From an uncultured Armatimonadia bacterium (GTDB lineage: Bacteria > Armatimonadota > Zipacnadia > CAVVLO01): a stretch of 64,000 bases of DNA. Positions 60,601-64,000 of the stretch are shown in pieces. Position 1 is the stretch's first letter. Each line of letters begins with the position of its first letter. Location: positions 640,001-704,000 of the forward strand of contig CAVVLO010000002.1 of the NCBI GenBank assembly GCA_963749155.1. Reading direction: 5' to 3'. Below the pieces are notes generated by a model. That model saw only the letters and a list, made by a program, of their open reading frames with translations. It made no database searches and had not been told where the DNA came from. Position numbers and translations under genes: made by a program.

Positions 60601-61367
60601 TGCCACTCGATGAAGCTGTCGTTCAACAGATTGTAGAGGCCGTAATTGCCCAGCTCCAGGCCGCAGCCGGGACGCCCAAACGGCGCAAGCGCTCTACTGG
60701 CCCGACCGCCCTGCTGGTGGTCGACACCACTGGGCCTGCGCTCGAGGCTGCGCTGCCTGCCGTCAACACTCTGTTAAACGATACTTTGGCCTCCGCCGTG
60801 CTGGTGCCTTCGGGACGGCTTTCCGAGGCCCAGATAACTGACCTGAAGACCAAACTTGGACTCGATGAAGTCTGGGGGCCTGAGGCAGGTTGCCTGCGTT
60901 CGAAAGTGGCAGAGGTTTCAATCGTTGTTGGGGTCTCGCTTTCGGCCGCGCTCCTTGCCAGAACCGCACTGCTGCTTGTGGATGACCCGGCAGCGGAAGC
61001 TTTGCTGGAAGGCGTCTTCGCCGGCAAGCCAGTAATCGCAGCACTGGATGGCTGTGATCCGGAGGCCGCGCCCGTGCAGCTTCCCGCAAGACTGTTCAGG
61101 CGCTTCCAGGAGTACATCGCGGATTTGGATAGCTACGGGCTGAAGCTTTGCGCCGCCGCCGACCTGTCGAAGCAGGTGGTGGCAGCCTTGACCGGTGTGG
61201 CAACGCCGGGAGCGGCTTCAACTCCCGACCTGCTGACCGCCGAGGACGTGCGGCGTATCGCCGATGGCGGGGCCAAGCAGCTCGACATAAGCTCGCGTAC
61301 TATCGTCACTCCTCTCGCGCAGGATCTGGCCGATGAGCGAGGACTAAAGATAAAGGTTTCTGACTAG
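60600..61367 (+). CDS. BMC-associated flavoprotein-like/PduM-like protein with N-terminal encapsulation peptide
   Basis: VVQQIVEAVIAQL helix; GKPVIAALD; C-terminal LLTAEDV...IVTPLAQD motif seen in BMC accessory proteins. Confidence 0.65.
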   Translation: MPLDEAVVQQIVEAVIAQLQAAAGTPKRRKRSTGPTALLVVDTTGPALEAALPAVNTLLNDTLASAVLVPSGRLSEAQITDLKTKLGLDEVWGPEAGCLRSKVAEVSIVVGVSLSAALLARTALLLVDDPAAEALLEGVFAGKPVIAALDGCDPEAAPVQLPARLFRRFQEYIADLDSYGLKLCAAADLSKQVVAALTGVATPGAASTPDLLTAEDVRRIADGGAKQLDISSRTIVTPLAQDLADERGLKIKVSD

Positions 61368-61394
61368 CCAGTTACCCGCAAGGGGGATTATCCA

Positions 61395-62903
61395 ATGGAA
61401 CTTGATCGTAGCGCACTTGAAAGTATCGTAGCCCAGGTAGTGGAGAATCTGCAGAAAGGCGGCGCGCCCGCCGCGGCGGCGCCTAAAGCTGCGGCTCCCA
61501 AAGCCGAGGCTCCGAAGGCTGACGCGCCAAAGGCTGATGCGCCTGCACAAGCAGCTTCCAAACCCGCCAGCAAAGTGCCCAATGACCTTAAGACGGGCGA
61601 TGGGGTCTTCACGGGAATCGACGAAGCCATCGCGGCAGCCAAGGCAGCCCTTGCCGAGTATGCAAAACTTGGCTTGTCCGACCGTAAGGTTATCGTTGCC
61701 GCTCTTCGTAAAGCCGCTCTTGACAGCGCTCACGAGATGGCCGACCTTGCCTGGCGCGAGTCTGCAATGGGCCGTTATGAGGACAAGGTGCTGAAGAACC
61801 AGATGGCCGCGAAAGGCTCTCCCGGCGTCGAATCGCTGAAGCCTTATGAGACCTTCGTCGGCGATCTGGGCACTCATATGGTCTACAACGGGCCCTGGGG
61901 CGTAATTGGCGCCATCACGCCAGTGACCAACCCGACTTCGACCATAATCAATAACGCCATCATCATGCTGGCCGCAGGCAATACTGTGGTCTTCGGACCG
62001 CATCCCCAGGCTATGGTCTGCTCGATAAAGCAACTCCAGATACTAAGCCGGGCGGTGCGCGAGGCAGGCGGGCCTGACAACCTGATGACCTGCGTAGTCG
62101 AGCCGACGATCCGCACGGCCGCCGAGATCTTCAAGTCCGACGACATCGCGATGATCTGCGCGACTGGCGGTCCGGGAGTCGTGCGCGCCGCTATGGAAAA
62201 TGGCAAGCGCGTCGTTGGCGCGGGCGCGGGCAATCCGCCCGTCATCGTGGACGAGACGGCCGACATCAAGCGCGCCGCCTGGTCCATTGTGGAAGGCGCC
62301 AAGTTCGACAACGACCTGCCGTGCGTGGGCGAGAAAGAGATCTTCGTCGTCGATTCGGTCGCCGATGCGCTCATCCGCGAACTGAAGAACCAGGGCGCTT
62401 TCCATGTGCCCGAATCCAGGGTGGACGCGCTCACCCCAATTTGTATCAAGGACGGTAAAGCTAACCGCCCGATGGTCGGCCAGAATGCCGAGATCATCCT
62501 CAAAGCCGCTGGCGTTGACGTCTCGGGCGACCCGCCAATTGGCATCTTCGAGACCGACTTCGAGAACGATGTGGTGCAGGAAGAACAGCTTATGCCCATC
62601 GTGCCAATCGTACGTTGCCGCAACTTCGAGCAGGCACTGGAATACTCTCGCCTGGCCGAACACGGATATACGCACACCGCGCTGATGCACTCGACCAATA
62701 TCGCGCGCATCACGGAGTTCACCCGCGTGATGCAATGTACGATCACCATAATCAACGGCCCCTCGTATGCTTATACAGGCACCGAGGGCGAAGGTTATGT
62801 AACCTTGACGGTTGGCACCAAGACAGGCGATGGCGTCAGTAATCCGTTGACTTTCACGCGGCGCAGACACACGTCCTTCTCGCGCACGCTCAATCTCATC
62901 TAG
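61395..62903 (+). CDS. CoA-acylating aldehyde dehydrogenase (PduP/EutE family) with encapsulation peptide and linker
   Basis: ITPVTNPT, ATGGPGVV, GAGAGNPP, catalytic PCVGEKE, GEGYVT. Confidence 0.95.
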   Translation: MELDRSALESIVAQVVENLQKGGAPAAAAPKAAAPKAEAPKADAPKADAPAQAASKPASKVPNDLKTGDGVFTGIDEAIAAAKAALAEYAKLGLSDRKVIVAALRKAALDSAHEMADLAWRESAMGRYEDKVLKNQMAAKGSPGVESLKPYETFVGDLGTHMVYNGPWGVIGAITPVTNPTSTIINNAIIMLAAGNTVVFGPHPQAMVCSIKQLQILSRAVREAGGPDNLMTCVVEPTIRTAAEIFKSDDIAMICATGGPGVVRAAMENGKRVVGAGAGNPPVIVDETADIKRAAWSIVEGAKFDNDLPCVGEKEIFVVDSVADALIRELKNQGAFHVPESRVDALTPICIKDGKANRPMVGQNAEIILKAAGVDVSGDPPIGIFETDFENDVVQEEQLMPIVPIVRCRNFEQALEYSRLAEHGYTHTALMHSTNIARITEFTRVMQCTITIINGPSYAYTGTEGEGYVTLTVGTKTGDGVSNPLTFTRRRHTSFSRTLNLI

Positions 62904-62915
62904 AAGTGAGTCAAA

Positions 62916-64000
62916 ATGGCAGGTAGCCAGTTTCTGGATAAAGTCCGCGAGGCTGGGGTGGTCGGCGCCGGTGGCGCTGGCTTCCCAACCCATGTAAAAC
63001 TCGATGCCAAGGTGGATTGGCTGATAGCCAACGCTGCCGAGTGCGAACCGCTGCTGCACGCCGATGCGGCCGTACTCGAACACGAAGGCGACAAGGTCAT
63101 CCGCGGGATGATCGCCGCCGCCGAGCAGGTGGGCGCGACCCGCATCACCATCGCAATCAAGCGCAAGCACACCGAGCTCATCGAGGCGCTTCAGGCCCAG
63201 GTCAAAGGCACGCCGGTTGAGCTCTGCGAACTCAACGATACCTATCCTGCTGGCGATGAGCATGTGATGGTCTACGAAGTCACTGGCCGCATCGTCCCCG
63301 AGGGGGGCATCCCCCTTCAGGCAGGCTGCGTGGTCAGCAACGTCGAGACCTACCTCAATGTCGCTGGCGCGCTCGATGATGAGCCGGTTACCATGAAATA
63401 TGTCACTGTAAATGGCGCAGTGGCAGAACCGCAGACCTTCATCGCGCCGATTGGCATAAGTCTGGAAGCACTTATCCGCCAGGCTGGCGGGCCCACGATT
63501 AACGACTATGTCGTCGTCACTGGCGGCTGTATGATGGGCCGCATCGGCTCTGTAGATGAATCACTCACCAAGACAGTCAACGCGGTACTCGTCTTCCCGC
63601 CGGACCATGAGGTCGTCTCGAAGACGAAGCTCACGATGACAGCCGCCGAGACTCAGGGCAGCGCCGCCTGTTGCCAGTGCTGGGATTGCACCAAGGTGTG
63701 TCCGCGCTATCTGCTGGGCCACAACCTGCAACCGCACCTTACGATGCGCGCGATGGCTTATGGCAAGCCGGAAAACTCCGATGCTATCACTATGGCGTGG
63801 CTTTGCTGCGAATGTGGCACCTGTGAGATGTATTGTCCTATCCGCCTGTCGCCCCGGCGCGTGTATCAGGGCATCAAAGCAATGCTCAAAGAGGCCGGCG
63901 TGAAGAATCCCCACACCAACGCGGACCTGCAGGCGCGCGAGACCAGGCCTTACCGCCTGGTGCCCTCAAACAGACTGCGCGCCAGGCTCAATGTAGAGCG
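62916..64000 (+). CDS. pduS: PduS/RnfC-like flavin and 4Fe-4S oxidoreductase (runs off the right edge)
   Basis: Manual translation: AGVVGAGGAGFPTHVK, NAAECEPLL, YPAGDE, SLBB region, CCQCWDCTKVCP, CCECGTCEMYCP. Confidence 0.9.
   Translation, partial: MAGSQFLDKVREAGVVGAGGAGFPTHVKLDAKVDWLIANAAECEPLLHADAAVLEHEGDKVIRGMIAAAEQVGATRITIAIKRKHTELIEALQAQVKGTPVELCELNDTYPAGDEHVMVYEVTGRIVPEGGIPLQAGCVVSNVETYLNVAGALDDEPVTMKYVTVNGAVAEPQTFIAPIGISLEALIRQAGGPTINDYVVVTGGCMMGRIGSVDESLTKTVNAVLVFPPDHEVVSKTKLTMTAAETQGSAACCQCWDCTKVCPRYLLGHNLQPHLTMRAMAYGKPENSDAITMAWLCCECGTCEMYCPIRLSPRRVYQGIKAMLKEAGVKNPHTNADLQARETRPYRLVPSNRLRARLNVE

Noticed and set aside
54588..64000. Canonical PDU, EUT or carboxysome assignment for the BMC
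   Set aside because: No pduCDE, eutBC, glycyl radical enzyme or RuBisCO in the visible part; the apparent signature enzyme is a class II aldolase, though the locus is truncated.

Overview
A GC-rich bacterial chromosomal segment. It carries a TolC-type channel together with a Terrabacteria-style fhaA-fhaB-rodA-pbpA-pknB cluster, so a diderm Terrabacteria lineage such as Armatimonadota is plausible (inference only). From left to right it holds: an RND efflux operon headed by an AbrB-like regulator (minus strand, truncated); gdh and nfnAB; a ~10 kb block of four large glycoside-hydrolase-like genes; the FHA/SEDS/PBP/PASTA-kinase cluster; a stand-alone small membrane protein; radical SAM, pgeF and a nucleotidyltransferase; a dacA-rluB-GT-C-btuF-like unit; an accessory patch at 34.1-41.6 kb; miaB-mutS-mutL-miaA-dapF-dapL; an ADP-ribosylglycohydrolase and a lipoprotein; rpoZ-dnaJ-prmA; and a bacterial microcompartment (BMC) operon from 54.6 kb to the window end. 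The BMC operon contains a TIM-barrel epimerase, two Gfo/Idh/MocA oxidoreductases, a class II aldolase, 2 BMC-H, PduL, 3 BMC-P, a flavoprotein-like orphan, an aldehyde dehydrogenase and a PduS-like gene. The two best candidates for something undescribed are (i) this aldolase-type BMC, apparently fed by a sugar/polyol oxidation module, and (ii) the accessory patch, where five modules are each bracketed by their own direct repeat with no integrase in view, one of them duplicating the miaB-mutS-mutL promoter. Many genes between 10 and 48 kb are split, and every break I could resolve is a single extra base, most likely a long-read consensus error. No rRNA, tRNA, CRISPR array or transposase was seen.
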